IMG/VR virus record: IMGVR_UViG_2706794555_000001
Location: 1-64,000 of that record
DNA from: a virus
Taxonomy: Duplodnaviria > Caudoviricetes
Strand: one strand, 5' to 3'
Length of the DNA stretch: 64,000 bases
Part shown: in pieces, positions 9,556-18,677 of the stretch
How the letters are laid out: the number at the start of each line of letters is the position of its first letter
Numbering within the stretch: the stretch's first letter is position 1
Notes under the pieces: model-generated
The model's database searches: none
The model's input: the letters and a program-made list of their open reading frames with translations, nothing else
Told to the model about the DNA's origin: nothing
Translations under genes and position numbers: made by a program

Positions 9556-10210
9556 ACCCACCCTGCGTGCCCGTCTCGCCGCCGTGCTGCGTAAGGCCGC
9601 GTTCTTGTGCGACGGCTGCTGCGACCTGGCCGACGAGGCCGCGTGCGATGCCGCGCACCCGATCCAGCCCACCGTGCTGCACTTCGGTGTCGTGGCGGAC
9701 ATCGCCGGGCCGGTCGACGCCATCGCCGAGGCGGTGATGGGCGAGGTCCAGGGCGACGTCGACCGGCTGCAAGAGCGTGCGGAGAAGGCCGAGGCCGAGC
9801 TCGCTGGCGCGCGGGCCACGATCGATCACATGTCCAATGCCATGAGTTGGATCGCGGGCCACGACCGGCAGGGCCTGGACCACCTGGAGGAAGCCCAGTA
9901 CGAGGCCCATGCGCGGGAGGCTGCCGTGGTCCAAGCCCGCCGCTGGGCTGTGCGCGCACGGGCCGCAGAGGCTGCCCTTGCTCCGGTCCGGGCGGTCGAG
10001 TCGGATGACCTGCACGGCTGGTACGCGGCCATGGACGACGACGCGCCCACCCCGGCCGCCGAGGACGTGATCGTCATGCCGTGCTTCTCCACCCTGATGC
10101 GGAGGTTCGGCGGCGAGCCGATGCACCCGCACTCCGCCCACGACTGGGCCCCGCAGCCGGGCATGACGCCCGTCCGCTGCCCCGGCACGACCACCACCCA
10201 GGAGTCCTGA
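9548..10210 (+). CDS. Hypothetical coiled-coil protein
   Basis: Overlapping start; RAEKAEAEL coiled-coil segment. Confidence 0.65.
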   Translation: MPEPTLRARLAAVLRKAAFLCDGCCDLADEAACDAAHPIQPTVLHFGVVADIAGPVDAIAEAVMGEVQGDVDRLQERAEKAEAELAGARATIDHMSNAMSWIAGHDRQGLDHLEEAQYEAHAREAAVVQARRWAVRARAAEAALAPVRAVESDDLHGWYAAMDDDAPTPAAEDVIVMPCFSTLMRRFGGEPMHPHSAHDWAPQPGMTPVRCPGTTTTQES

Positions 10211-10211
10211 C

Positions 10212-10523
10212 ATGCCGATCACCCGTGTCCGCCGCCTGCCCACCGAGAACGACGCCGTCCGCTGGACCGGCAGCAACTTCGCCGAAGTCGAGGCGTTCCT
10301 CGGCAAGGACTTCGCCGGATACCGCCACTGGTTCGACCACGCCACGAAGGCGCCCTCACTCGACCAGACACCGCTGCTCCTGCTGCACACCATGGAGCAC
10401 CGCAACGAGCCCTTCGCCGCACCACCCGGCAGCTGGCTGCTGCGGGGCGTCCTGGGCGAGCACTGGGCCGTCGACGCTGAGGTGTTCGCCCGGACCTACG
10501 AGCCGCTGGAGGCCGCCCGATGA
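10212..10523 (+). CDS. Conserved phage protein
   Basis: AVRWTGSN...GSWLLRG..GEHW.VDAEVFARTYE, a widespread phage small-protein pattern. Confidence 0.7.
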   Translation: MPITRVRRLPTENDAVRWTGSNFAEVEAFLGKDFAGYRHWFDHATKAPSLDQTPLLLLHTMEHRNEPFAAPPGSWLLRGVLGEHWAVDAEVFARTYEPLEAAR

Positions 10524-10589
10524 TCGCCACCATCCTCGCCCTGCTCCTGGCCCTCGCCTGCCCGACGCCGGCCAGCACCAGGAGGAGCC

Positions 10590-11363
10590 GTGACCTGCTA
10601 CTGCCGCCACTACCGGTGGCTGTTCGTCGCCGCGCCGATCCTGTTTGCCGCGGTCGAGCTGCTGATCAAGTTCGTGGCCGCAAACTTCTGGATGGCGTCG
10701 CTGGGCCTGGTCCCGCTCTTCACCTTTCAGGCCGGTCTTATGCTGCGGTCCGAGCATCAGCGGCACCTCGCGCTCCCGGAGTCGGTCGTCGACTGCGCTC
10801 ACTGCGGGAGGCGTATCCGGGACGGCCTCAGCTTCAAGCACACCAACGGCCCGATCGTGCAGCATTTCCACGGCGACCGCCCCGACTGCCGGGCCGCATC
10901 GGAGGCGGCGGCCCGCGAGCCCGCGTTCCCCGGCGGGAGGGGCTGTGCGCCTGGCTGCTGCCCGATCTGCGGCATGGACGACCTGGCGGGCCTGGAGCCG
11001 TGCTGGGGCGGTCTGATGGCGCACCAGGACTGCGCGGAGTGGCTCGACGAGGAACCGCGACTGGATCGGGAGCAGCAGCGGGAGCAGGTCCACCACTTTC
11101 CGTCGCACGGGCCTGCCACGCGCGGCGGCTACCCGGCGGGCAACGTCCCGGTCGAGGACCTCCCGCCGATCCCGGAGGCGTTGATCCAGCGCAGCCCGGT
11201 CGAGGCGTACCGGGCTGCGCGACAGGCCCAGAAGCAGGAGCTGAAATCCATCCGCGCCGAGCTGGATCGGATCAGCGCGCGGGGCGACGGGCTGCGGGCG
11301 CTCCGCGCTGACCTGGATCGAATGCAGGCGGAGCTGGCAGCGCGCCCACCGCTGGCCCCGTGA
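10590..11363 (+). CDS. Hypothetical membrane protein with Cys motifs and C-terminal coiled coil
   Basis: GGAGGAG RBS; two hydrophobic segments; CxxC motifs. Confidence 0.6.
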   Translation: MTCYCRHYRWLFVAAPILFAAVELLIKFVAANFWMASLGLVPLFTFQAGLMLRSEHQRHLALPESVVDCAHCGRRIRDGLSFKHTNGPIVQHFHGDRPDCRAASEAAAREPAFPGGRGCAPGCCPICGMDDLAGLEPCWGGLMAHQDCAEWLDEEPRLDREQQREQVHHFPSHGPATRGGYPAGNVPVEDLPPIPEALIQRSPVEAYRAARQAQKQELKSIRAELDRISARGDGLRALRADLDRMQAELAARPPLAP

Positions 11364-11415
11364 ACCATCGAAGGCGGTCAGTCCCACTCCGGGGCTGGCC
11401 GCCTTCGTCGCGCGG

Positions 11416-11796
11416 TCACAGCGGCATGATCCTCCCGGCGGCGGTGAGTGCCGCCTCGACCTCCACGAACTGTGCCCGCAGCGCGCTCAACCGTTCGGCT
11501 TCGGCGGTGTGGGCGGCGAGGTACGGGGCCAGTTCGGCCGGTCCGAGGACGGGGCCGTACACGTCGCGGGTCTCCCGGTAGGACTCCCGCAGCGACTCGA
11601 TCATCCGATCGATCACGAACACGGACTGCCCGACCAGCTCCCACGGCCGGCGCCGCAACGCTTCGACGCGCCACTCCTCCGCGGGCAGGGCCTCCCGGAC
11701 CCAGGCGATGACGCGGACGGGCAGGTCGGGGTCGCTGGGCGGGGGCAGGCGCTTGGGCCAGTTGTGGGGTTGGATTCCGCGACGTCGTTCGGGCAT
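11416..11796 (-). CDS. Hypothetical actinobacterial protein, possibly SOS-regulated
   Basis: 126-aa ORF; leaderless -10 CATAAT and LexA-like box over the start. Confidence 0.7.
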   Translation of the reverse strand: MPERRRGIQPHNWPKRLPPPSDPDLPVRVIAWVREALPAEEWRVEALRRRPWELVGQSVFVIDRMIESLRESYRETRDVYGPVLGPAELAPYLAAHTAEAERLSALRAQFVEVEAALTAAGRIMPL

Positions 11797-11804
11797 GTGT
11801 TCGA
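11789..11804 (-). promoter_or_regulatory. Putative LexA (SOS) box
   Basis: Minus strand TCGAAC-ACAT-GCCCGA versus actinobacterial consensus TCGAAC-N4-GTTCGA (2 mismatches), overlapping the ATG. Confidence 0.5.
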
Positions 11805-11857
11805 TTATGCGACTACGGGGAGGAACGTACCACCCAGCCCACCAGCCACGACGTGAC

Positions 11858-11886
11858 GACGCCCCTGCCGCAGCAGCAGGGGCGTC
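11858..11886 (-). terminator. Hairpin terminator after the FxSxx peptide gene
   Basis: GACGCCCCTGC-7nt-GCAGGGGCGTC, 11-bp stem. Confidence 0.7.
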
Positions 11887-11898
11887 GGCGGTGCAGTC

Positions 11899-12072
11899 CT
11901 ACACGGAGGAACCAAACGCGGCGACCTCGATGCTCTTCCGCCCGGTCTCTCGCAGCACCCGGCCCAGCATCGTGGTGGCGGACTGGCCCTCGCGCATCTT
12001 GTCGTCGGCGAGACGGATCAGCGAGCGTCGCCCGGCGGCCGGCGCGGTCTTGGTCTTGAAGTTCGTGTCCAT
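11899..12072 (-). CDS. FxSxx-COOH family RiPP (cyclophane) precursor-like peptide, 57 aa
   Basis: GAGGAG RBS; ends LGRVLRETGRKSIEVAAFGSSV-stop, matching the FxSxx C-terminal signature and the preceding LxRVL helix. Confidence 0.7.
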   Translation of the reverse strand: MDTNFKTKTAPAAGRRSLIRLADDKMREGQSATTMLGRVLRETGRKSIEVAAFGSSV

Positions 12073-12110
12073 CGTGAGTCTCCTCGGTCGTGGGCCGGTC
12101 GGCCCGTTGA

Positions 12111-12515
12111 TCACAGCCGGGTGGGCTGCGAGTCCGCCCCGGAGGCGGAAGTCATGGGTGTTGCCGGGGTAGGCGGCCCGGTCGGCAGCATCTGCCAGGG
12201 CCCGTGGTCGGCGTGGCCAGCCGGACCGATACAGCGGTCATCCATGCGGTACGGGCCGTCCCAACGCCGCCGGACGTAGCCGCACTCGCCGACCAGCTGG
12301 CGGCCCTCCGTGGTCTGCTCGTCTGCCCAGACGACGCGGGCCAGCTTGCCGTGCGTCATCTGCGCGGCGGTCTCCGGGCTGCCCCAGGTGGCACCCAGGT
12401 AGTGGTTCCGGTTGCGGATGGACACGGTCCCGTCTGGCCACTGCACGCCGTCGTGGGTGATGACGGAGCCGTCCGAGGCGTCGAGCCAGATCACGAACAG
12501 GCGCGACTCAGTCAC
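12111..12515 (-). CDS. Hypothetical protein
   Basis: GTGA coupling; DGVQWPDGTV motif. Confidence 0.65.
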   Translation of the reverse strand: MTESRLFVIWLDASDGSVITHDGVQWPDGTVSIRNRNHYLGATWGSPETAAQMTHGKLARVVWADEQTTEGRQLVGECGYVRRRWDGPYRMDDRCIGPAGHADHGPWQMLPTGPPTPATPMTSASGADSQPTRL

Positions 12516-12727
12516 TTCTGCCTCCCAGCCAGTGCCGCGGCCTCGGCTGCCGCGCACGCCTTGCACACGTCCTCGACGAAGCCACCCGGCAGCGGGTTGA
12601 GCTGATCGCGGGTGCAGTAGTCGAAGCACAGTGCGCACATGACCCGGCCGTCCGTGAGCCGGTCCAGGCGCGTCCACGTCCCGCCGTCGGCGAGCTCCAC
12701 GGTCAGGAAGTCTGCGGGCTCGGTCAC
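12512..12727 (-). CDS. Small zinc-ribbon protein
   Basis: AAGGAG RBS; CALC and CKAC. Confidence 0.65.
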   Translation of the reverse strand: MTEPADFLTVELADGGTWTRLDRLTDGRVMCALCFDYCTRDQLNPLPGGFVEDVCKACAAAEAAALAGRQK

Positions 12728-13080
12728 GTCTCCTCCTTCGGCGCGGCCCACGTGCTGCCGGGTTGCTGCGGGAAGCAGATGCTGTAGCCGCCGGGGTAGT
12801 GCACCCACCGTGGCGGTCGTGGGCCTCCCATGGCGGGCTCGGCCTTGTCTTCGATCTCCCGGTCGCACCAGCGGCAGTGCTCCGGCCGCCAGCCGACGAT
12901 CAGCCGGGCAAGTTGCAGGACGCTGTCGCTGGTCGCGTCCTCGATCACGCCCTCCTCCTGCACGCACTCCGCCACCGAGGCGACGACCGTGGCCAGGGCC
13001 GCGTTACAGGACTGAGGCAGGCCGGACGGGCGCTCGCGGAGTTCCCGCACGGCGGCGGTCAGGACTTCGAGATCAGTCAC
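12724..13080 (-). CDS. Hypothetical protein
   Basis: GTGA coupling; CRWC. Confidence 0.6.
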   Translation of the reverse strand: MTDLEVLTAAVRELRERPSGLPQSCNAALATVVASVAECVQEEGVIEDATSDSVLQLARLIVGWRPEHCRWCDREIEDKAEPAMGGPRPPRWVHYPGGYSICFPQQPGSTWAAPKEET

Positions 13081-13382
13081 AGCTTCACCCACCCAGCGCG
13101 CGGGCCTTTGAGGCGCGCACCCATGTCCCCGTGCTCGCCGTCGACCGGGCGCAGGTCCTCGCGGCTGCGGTCGTTGGCCAGCAGTTCCAGCGCTTCCCGA
13201 AGCGACGGGAGACTCACGGCGATCATCGCCTTCTCCTTCTGGCGGCTCTCCTTCGCGTCGACCTCCGTGTACTTCTCGACGGCCACGAACACCGTGTCGT
13301 CGACGACGGCCAGCGTGAGGATCTGGTCGGGTGGCCGGGCTCCGTCGAGGCAGTCGGCGAGGCTGATCTGAAAGACGGCCAT
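13077..13382 (-). CDS. Hypothetical protein
   Basis: TGATG coupling. Confidence 0.6.
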   Translation of the reverse strand: MAVFQISLADCLDGARPPDQILTLAVVDDTVFVAVEKYTEVDAKESRQKEKAMIAVSLPSLREALELLANDRSREDLRPVDGEHGDMGARLKGPRAGWVKL

Positions 13383-13900
13383 CAGGTCTCCGTGGTCTCA
13401 GGCAGCAGCAGCGCCAGGTAGGCGCGGACACGCTCATCCCGGCCGCACTGGCAGGCGGCGCTCGTCCCCCGGCGCGGGCAGTCGTAGCCGCCAGCACCGT
13501 CGTCGACGAGACCGTGCGGCTCGGCGAGCATGCGGGTGACGAGGGTGCGCAGCCGGCCGACCCGCGCCAGCGTCGTAGCGGGATCCTGTCGCGCGGCGTG
13601 CCGGAACTGGGCCCGCAGACCCCAGCCCTCGGCGTCGGAATGGTCGGAGCCGTCCTCGCACACGACACCCCAGTAGCCCGAGGTCACCTGCGGCGGCCGG
13701 GGCAGTCCCGGGCGCAGGGCCACGAGCAGCTCCACGTCGCCCTGGTAGTCCGACGCCACCCACTCGTCACCGTCGGGGGCAGGCGTCCAGTGGCCGGGCG
13801 TGCCGACGACGGTGTCTCCGCTGGCTTCTCGGGCGAGGCTCTCGTCCTTGTCGAGCTGCTTTCGGATGGCGTCGGCCAACTCTGCGATCGAGGCGGTCAC
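13382..13900 (-). CDS. DUF6221-like phage protein
   Basis: LDKDESLAREA...RHAARQDPATTLA pattern; AAGGAG RBS. Confidence 0.6.
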   Translation of the reverse strand: MTASIAELADAIRKQLDKDESLAREASGDTVVGTPGHWTPAPDGDEWVASDYQGDVELLVALRPGLPRPPQVTSGYWGVVCEDGSDHSDAEGWGLRAQFRHAARQDPATTLARVGRLRTLVTRMLAEPHGLVDDGAGGYDCPRRGTSAACQCGRDERVRAYLALLLPETTET

Positions 13901-14121
13901 TGGCTGGTCTCCTTCATGGCGCTGTGCTGCAAGCAGTGGGCGCAGTCGACGTTCGTGTTCTCGGGCAGTTGGGTGTCGTCCGGGCTGAAGAGGATCCGGC
14001 AGGCGGTCATGCCTGCTCCGTCGACGTAGAGGCCGTGGGTGTAGGCGGCGTGCACGATCCGGCCGCTGGCGAGACGGACGCGCAGCGGGAAGTCGCGAAC
14101 CGGCGGCGGCTTGCGGCTCAC
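13897..14121 (-). CDS. Hypothetical protein (C-terminal CxxC)
   Basis: GGAGG RBS, coupled ORF. Confidence 0.6.
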   Translation of the reverse strand: MSRKPPPVRDFPLRVRLASGRIVHAAYTHGLYVDGAGMTACRILFSPDDTQLPENTNVDCAHCLQHSAMKETSQ

Positions 14122-14564
14122 AGGTCGACCTCCGTGAGCATCGCAGCGACGGTCAGCGCCATGGCCTGGTATTCGCCGCCGGACAGGGTGACGGTTCCGC
14201 CGCGCTCCAGGATGCCGACCGCGTTCGGGCCCAAGGTGATCTTGACTTCCCGCAGCGCGGCCTCGATCTTCGCGGCCATCTCGGTCAGCGTGAACGATGT
14301 CGTCCCGATCGACATCTCGCCGTCGACGTCCAGGTACGTCCCAAGCAGGCTGATCCGGGGCTCGGGCCGGGCCGACTCCGGGGCATGCGCGCACAGGCCC
14401 CACGCGAAGGTGTGCTGCCAGGGCTTGTTGCGGGGACGGCAACTGGACGAACTGCAGCCGTCGAAGTCCTCGGGAGCGGGCACCAGCGGTCGCCTCGCCC
14501 CTGCGGTCGGGTCGCCCTGCGGCGGGTTGGCAGCCAGCCGTCGGCGGGCCTCTTCGATGTCCAT
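14118..14564 (-). CDS. Hypothetical protein
   Basis: GGAG RBS. Confidence 0.65.
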   Translation of the reverse strand: MDIEEARRRLAANPPQGDPTAGARRPLVPAPEDFDGCSSSSCRPRNKPWQHTFAWGLCAHAPESARPEPRISLLGTYLDVDGEMSIGTTSFTLTEMAAKIEAALREVKITLGPNAVGILERGGTVTLSGGEYQAMALTVAAMLTEVDL

Positions 14565-14583
14565 CGGGTCTCCAGGGTGAGGG

Positions 14584-15399
14584 TCAGAACAGGGCGGAGT
14601 CGTCGGTGCGCGCCGGAGCCTCAGCGCCAGCCAGGCACCAGCACCACTCCGCCTGCGGGAAGCGGTCCCGATGCTCGGGGTGGTGCCATTCCCGGGAGCG
14701 GTGGGACACGTCGCCGGGGCATTCGGCCATCTCGGTGCACGAGGTGCTCTTGTCCAGGTGGACCGTCATGTGGCCGCCGCAGTAGAACCGCCGCTTGTTG
14801 CCGGTGGCCTTGGCCCAGCGTTCGTCGTAGCGGACAGCGGAGCCGCTGCAGGAGTTGCGCTGGTGGAAGATTACCGAGCCGTCGGGCAGGTCGGGGCGGA
14901 TCAGGTTCGGGCCGGTGAACACGATGGCCTTCTGCCGCCGGGTGATCGGTTCGCGGCAGGCGTGGCAGCAGCCCGGCATGATCGCCATCTCTTCGGCCAT
15001 GCGCTCCGCCGCCCGTGCCATGACAGCGTTGGTGTGGACTTCCCGGCAGGGCGGCAGTTCACCGCACAGGCGGCACACCCAGTAGTGCTCCGGGATGACA
15101 TCCCAGTGGGCGTCGGCAGGGCCCATCAGGTGCAGCGGCTTGGCGGTGGGCTGGTCGATGTCCTGGAGGACGACGACCATCGGCCGCCGGTACCAGGTTG
15201 CCGGGTTGGGCATGTTCGCCTCGACCCACATGTCGCGGAAGCGCTCGGGCCAGTCGGTCTGATCGCGTTCGCGGACCTCGACTACGCGGTACGGGCGGCG
15301 CTCCCAGACGGTGATCTGACCGACTTCGAGGCTCTTGTAGGTGTGGTAGCCGGTGCCTTGCTGGGGTGTCCACTTGTCGGGGTCGTAGCGGATGAACAC
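14584..15399 (-). CDS. Hypothetical Cys/His-rich protein
   Basis: 271 aa, several CxxC; AT-rich upstream region with GATAAT. Confidence 0.7.
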   Translation of the reverse strand: MFIRYDPDKWTPQQGTGYHTYKSLEVGQITVWERRPYRVVEVRERDQTDWPERFRDMWVEANMPNPATWYRRPMVVVLQDIDQPTAKPLHLMGPADAHWDVIPEHYWVCRLCGELPPCREVHTNAVMARAAERMAEEMAIMPGCCHACREPITRRQKAIVFTGPNLIRPDLPDGSVIFHQRNSCSGSAVRYDERWAKATGNKRRFYCGGHMTVHLDKSTSCTEMAECPGDVSHRSREWHHPEHRDRFPQAEWCWCLAGAEAPARTDDSALF

Positions 15400-15478
15400 G
15401 GCACTGCCTTCCGGTATCTAATGGTTCGTCACATTATCTCGCGGTTTGCCCATGATCGGGCGGCTTTACCGGAGTTGA

Positions 15479-15727
15479 TCAGGTCGAATCCCGCAGGTCA
15501 GCCTGGGTCGCCCCGCTCGGCATGATCCGCTCCAGCACCCAGTCCGCCACCCACGCCCCGGCCGCCGACAACACCGCCAGCACCCCGACGAACATCCCGG
15601 CCGCCGTCCACCAGCGGCCGTCCATGCCCGACGCCACCATCACCACCGCCGCGACCGGCAGGTTGACCGCGGTGACGACCATGGCCGTGCAGAGGATCAC
15701 GGCGCGCTCCGACAGGTAGACCGTCAC
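15479..15727 (-). CDS. Small membrane protein (2 TM)
   Basis: Two hydrophobic helices; GTGA coupling. Confidence 0.6.
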   Translation of the reverse strand: MTVYLSERAVILCTAMVVTAVNLPVAAVVMVASGMDGRWWTAAGMFVGVLAVLSAAGAWVADWVLERIMPSGATQADLRDST

Positions 15728-15969
15728 TCGCTGCCCCCGTCGAGCGTGTAGAACACCCGCCGCCCGCCATCCACCGCCCGCCACCCACGCACGACCCGCC
15801 CACGCTCCTCCAGGCGCCCCAAAGCCGCGTACACCGCACCCGGCCACCCGCCGACACCCTGCACGATGTCGTCGCCCAGGCAGCCGCCCGGGTGGGCCGC
15901 CAGCCACGCCACAATGCGGGCCTCGCGGGCCTGCTGACGGCGGACGGTGAAACGGGTGAAGGCGATCAC
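15724..15969 (-). CDS. PadR-like winged-helix protein
   Basis: GAVYAALGRLEERGRV...RRVFYTL. Confidence 0.7.
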   Translation of the reverse strand: MIAFTRFTVRRQQAREARIVAWLAAHPGGCLGDDIVQGVGGWPGAVYAALGRLEERGRVVRGWRAVDGGRRVFYTLDGGSE

Positions 15970-16427
15970 TGCGCACCTCCGCGGCAGTCCATGTGCCTCA
16001 GCCCGGGCTCCCCGCGCCACCACGGCCCACGCGGCCCGTTCCAGGTACCGAGGTTGACCGGACGCGCCTTCGTCGACCGGCCGCCGCACTCCGAGCAGCG
16101 CGTCAGCAGCCTGCGCCGGGCCTCCTGCAAGGGCCCGACCTGCACACGCCAGTGATGGACGTGGGCAACCCACAGGCGCGACCGGCGCCAGGTGCCGTCG
16201 GCCCGCTGGGTGCGTCGCCCGCAGACGGTGAGGCTGTCGTGGCCGCCGGGCTCCCGATGCCACACCGTGATCATGCAGGGCCAGTACAGGCCGCGACCGG
16301 CGACCACGGAGTACGTGCCGCCGAACCTCCAGCGGACGCCCTGACGGGCGGCCAGCTCGGTCTTCCAGGAGTCCTGCCTCGGCCACGGGCGGCGGATCTC
16401 GAACGCGACAACCAGTGGATCATGCAT
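15966..16427 (-). CDS. Hypothetical protein
   Basis: GAGG RBS; overlapping start; CSECG. Confidence 0.65.
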   Translation of the reverse strand: MHDPLVVAFEIRRPWPRQDSWKTELAARQGVRWRFGGTYSVVAGRGLYWPCMITVWHREPGGHDSLTVCGRRTQRADGTWRRSRLWVAHVHHWRVQVGPLQEARRRLLTRCSECGGRSTKARPVNLGTWNGPRGPWWRGEPGLRHMDCRGGAQ

Positions 16428-16977
16428 GGGCGCCGTCCTCGGCGAGGAGTCCCACGATGCCCCGGGCCTCGGGCGGGTCAACCTTGACCGAGCCCGTCAG
16501 GAACCGGTAGTAGGCGGCGTCCAAGTCCACGGCGGCCATGACCTCCAGGATCCCCGTGGCGTGCTCCCGGGCGTCCTGACAGGTCCACTGGCCCATCTGC
16601 TCACCGTTGATGTACAGGGCGAGGAACGGCTCCATCTTGGCGTTCACGCCCGGCTCCAGGCGCAGCGGCGCGGTCGCAGCGTCGTCCAGCGGCGGCCGGT
16701 CCGCGCGCAGGTCCCCGACGCAGGCCAGGTCCAGCGCCATGCCGACCTTCCCGGCCAACTGCCTAATCACCAGGGCGTCGTGCTCGGCCTGGGCTGCTGC
16801 CGTGAGGACGGTGCTGGCCCAGGCGATGCCCTGGTCGCGGTTCAGGGTGCGGGCCGTGTCGCCGTCGAGGTGGATCGTGGCGACGTAGGTTCGGCCGTCG
16901 GGGGCCAGGTCGGACACGATGCTGATCACCGCGTCTGGTTCGCGGCGGGGCTTGGGCTTCGGGCGGCGCTTGGTCAT
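16420..16977 (-). CDS. Hypothetical protein
   Basis: AAAGGA RBS. Confidence 0.7.
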   Translation of the reverse strand: MTKRRPKPKPRREPDAVISIVSDLAPDGRTYVATIHLDGDTARTLNRDQGIAWASTVLTAAAQAEHDALVIRQLAGKVGMALDLACVGDLRADRPPLDDAATAPLRLEPGVNAKMEPFLALYINGEQMGQWTCQDAREHATGILEVMAAVDLDAAYYRFLTGSVKVDPPEARGIVGLLAEDGAHA

Positions 16978-17019
16978 GCGGGTGGTCCTTTCGTTGGCCC
17001 GGCGGCCGGGCGGAGAAGG

Positions 17020-17352
17020 TTAGGAGGTGCGCTGGGCTGCGAGGCTGCGGGCGATGTCGGCGATCACGTCGGCCTGGGTATCCACGCGCTTCCGCTCGGC
17101 CTCGTAGTCCCGGCGCAGCGCCCGACTGTCCTCCGCGCCGTGGTAGTACCGCATCAGCGAGTCGAGGAGCGCGCGGGCTTCCTCGCCGCCGAGGGTGATC
17201 GACGGCTCGACGTCGGCGCTGCCCTCGGTGATCTCCTGCATGGACGGCTGACCGCCGGGCCGGTGAAGGTACCGGCCGCCGGGGCCCTCGTTGAGGATGA
17301 AGACGCGGACGCCGTCGCCGAACGGGCCGTCCGTGACGTGAACGTTGATCAT
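17020..17352 (-). CDS. Hypothetical protein
   Basis: GGAG RBS. Confidence 0.7.
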   Translation of the reverse strand: MINVHVTDGPFGDGVRVFILNEGPGGRYLHRPGGQPSMQEITEGSADVEPSITLGGEEARALLDSLMRYYHGAEDSRALRRDYEAERKRVDTQADVIADIARSLAAQRTS

Positions 17353-17423
17353 GGCTTACTCCAGCGTGGTCGGGGTGGTTGCTGCCTGGCCGGCGCGACC
17401 AGGCAGCAAGCGGGCGGGGTGGG

Positions 17424-17900
17424 TCAGCCTCGGCAGGCGGTGAGCAGCCACGCGGGCCGCTCCTCCAGCGGCGTGAGGCCCAGCACGGCCAGTGCGGCGC
17501 GGAGCCTCTCGTCGGCCTCCGCGTTGGCCTCGGCCGCCAGTACGGCCGGGTCGATGACCGTCAGCTCGCCCAGATAGGCCGAGTGCTTCTTCGCGGACAG
17601 GAACAGGTCCCCGAACTGGTAGCCGCCGTGCTCGAACTCGACGCCGATCCTGGCCTCGGCGTCGCGGCGGCGCTGACGCCACGCGTCCGGGTCGGCGTCG
17701 AAGTCGCCTTCCTCGTAGCCGACGGCGGCCATCAGCCGCTCCTCAGCCTTGTCCTGGAACTCGTCGTCCTCGCCGAGCCAGTCGAGATTCAGGCCCCACA
17801 GGTCGCTGTCCTTGGGGTGGATCTCCTTAACCTGCCAGCCGTCCTCGTCGGCGCGCAGACGGTAGCCGTAGATCAGCTTCGCGGTGGTGCTCATTCCCAT
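17424..17900 (-). CDS. Hypothetical acidic protein
   Basis: GGAG RBS. Confidence 0.7.
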   Translation of the reverse strand: MGMSTTAKLIYGYRLRADEDGWQVKEIHPKDSDLWGLNLDWLGEDDEFQDKAEERLMAAVGYEEGDFDADPDAWRQRRRDAEARIGVEFEHGGYQFGDLFLSAKKHSAYLGELTVIDPAVLAAEANAEADERLRAALAVLGLTPLEERPAWLLTACRG

Positions 17901-17926
17901 GGTGATCTCCGATCGGTGAGGGCGGG

Positions 17927-18139
17927 TCAGGTGTCGGGGCAGCTGTGCCCGTCGCAGCTGTTGCAGTGGTGCCAGGCGAGCGGGTTGCCGACGAAGGCGG
18001 CTGCGGCGAGCGTGGCGCGGGCTGCGAGGGCGGCGAGGAACTCGGGGCGGAGCATCAGCGCGCCGGGTTCTTTGGTCATCTCGGCGTTGATCTTGCGGAT
18101 GAGCGGGTTCAACTCCGACAGGTCCAGGTCGTCAGGCAT
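17927..18139 (-). CDS. Hypothetical protein
   Basis: GAGG RBS; overlapping start. Confidence 0.6.
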   Translation of the reverse strand: MPDDLDLSELNPLIRKINAEMTKEPGALMLRPEFLAALAARATLAAAAFVGNPLAWHHCNSCDGHSCPDT

Positions 18140-18677
18140 CGTCGGCGACCTCGGTCCACTCGCCACCGGGAACGTCCCGGTGCAGCAGTGCGACGCAGGC
18201 CCACGACGGGTCCTTGACGAAGAACTCGGCCCCCTGCCGGGACTTGCAGGTCAGCACGTTGCCGTTCTGGGCACGCGCACCCCACAAGCAGGCGTCATCG
18301 CGCCGCTGCCGGGCCTCGTCGACGTGGTTGTTGTGCAGGTCGACGGCCTCCTGCGTGCCAACAGTCTCGGCCCAGATCTCGACCGCATCGAAGTACCGGT
18401 GGTACAGGTCGCGCAGGTCGTCGCCGTCCACCGGCAGGCCCGTGTCCTCGAAGTCGGGGCTGTAGTTCTCGGCGGCGTACTCGTAGCCCTCGTTCTCGAC
18501 CTTCCAGACGAAAGCGACGAACTCCAGCCAGTCGTAGTCGGACAGGCCGGTCGGGTTCTGGATGTCGGACATGGTCGGGCCCTCCTGGCAAGGGCTGAGG
18601 TTGGAGTGGGCGTCACGGCCGCAACCGCAGCGGACACCGCCAGGGCCGTAGGTGATCGCGGCGTCGAGGTCAGGCAT
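18132..18677 (-). CDS. Hypothetical acidic protein
   Basis: Overlapping start; high GC3. Confidence 0.65.
   Translation of the reverse strand: MPDLDAAITYGPGGVRCGCGRDAHSNLSPCQEGPTMSDIQNPTGLSDYDWLEFVAFVWKVENEGYEYAAENYSPDFEDTGLPVDGDDLRDLYHRYFDAVEIWAETVGTQEAVDLHNNHVDEARQRRDDACLWGARAQNGNVLTCKSRQGAEFFVKDPSWACVALLHRDVPGGEWTEVADDA

Noticed and set aside
10520-10593. Lipoprotein-like start MIATILALLLALAC coupled to the previous gene
   Set aside because: Frame continues into shadow-type sequence and is out of frame with 10590; possibly a remnant, but unsupported.
11364-11415. att site or terminator at the convergence of the two arms
   Set aside because: No direct repeat, tRNA fragment or convincing hairpin found.
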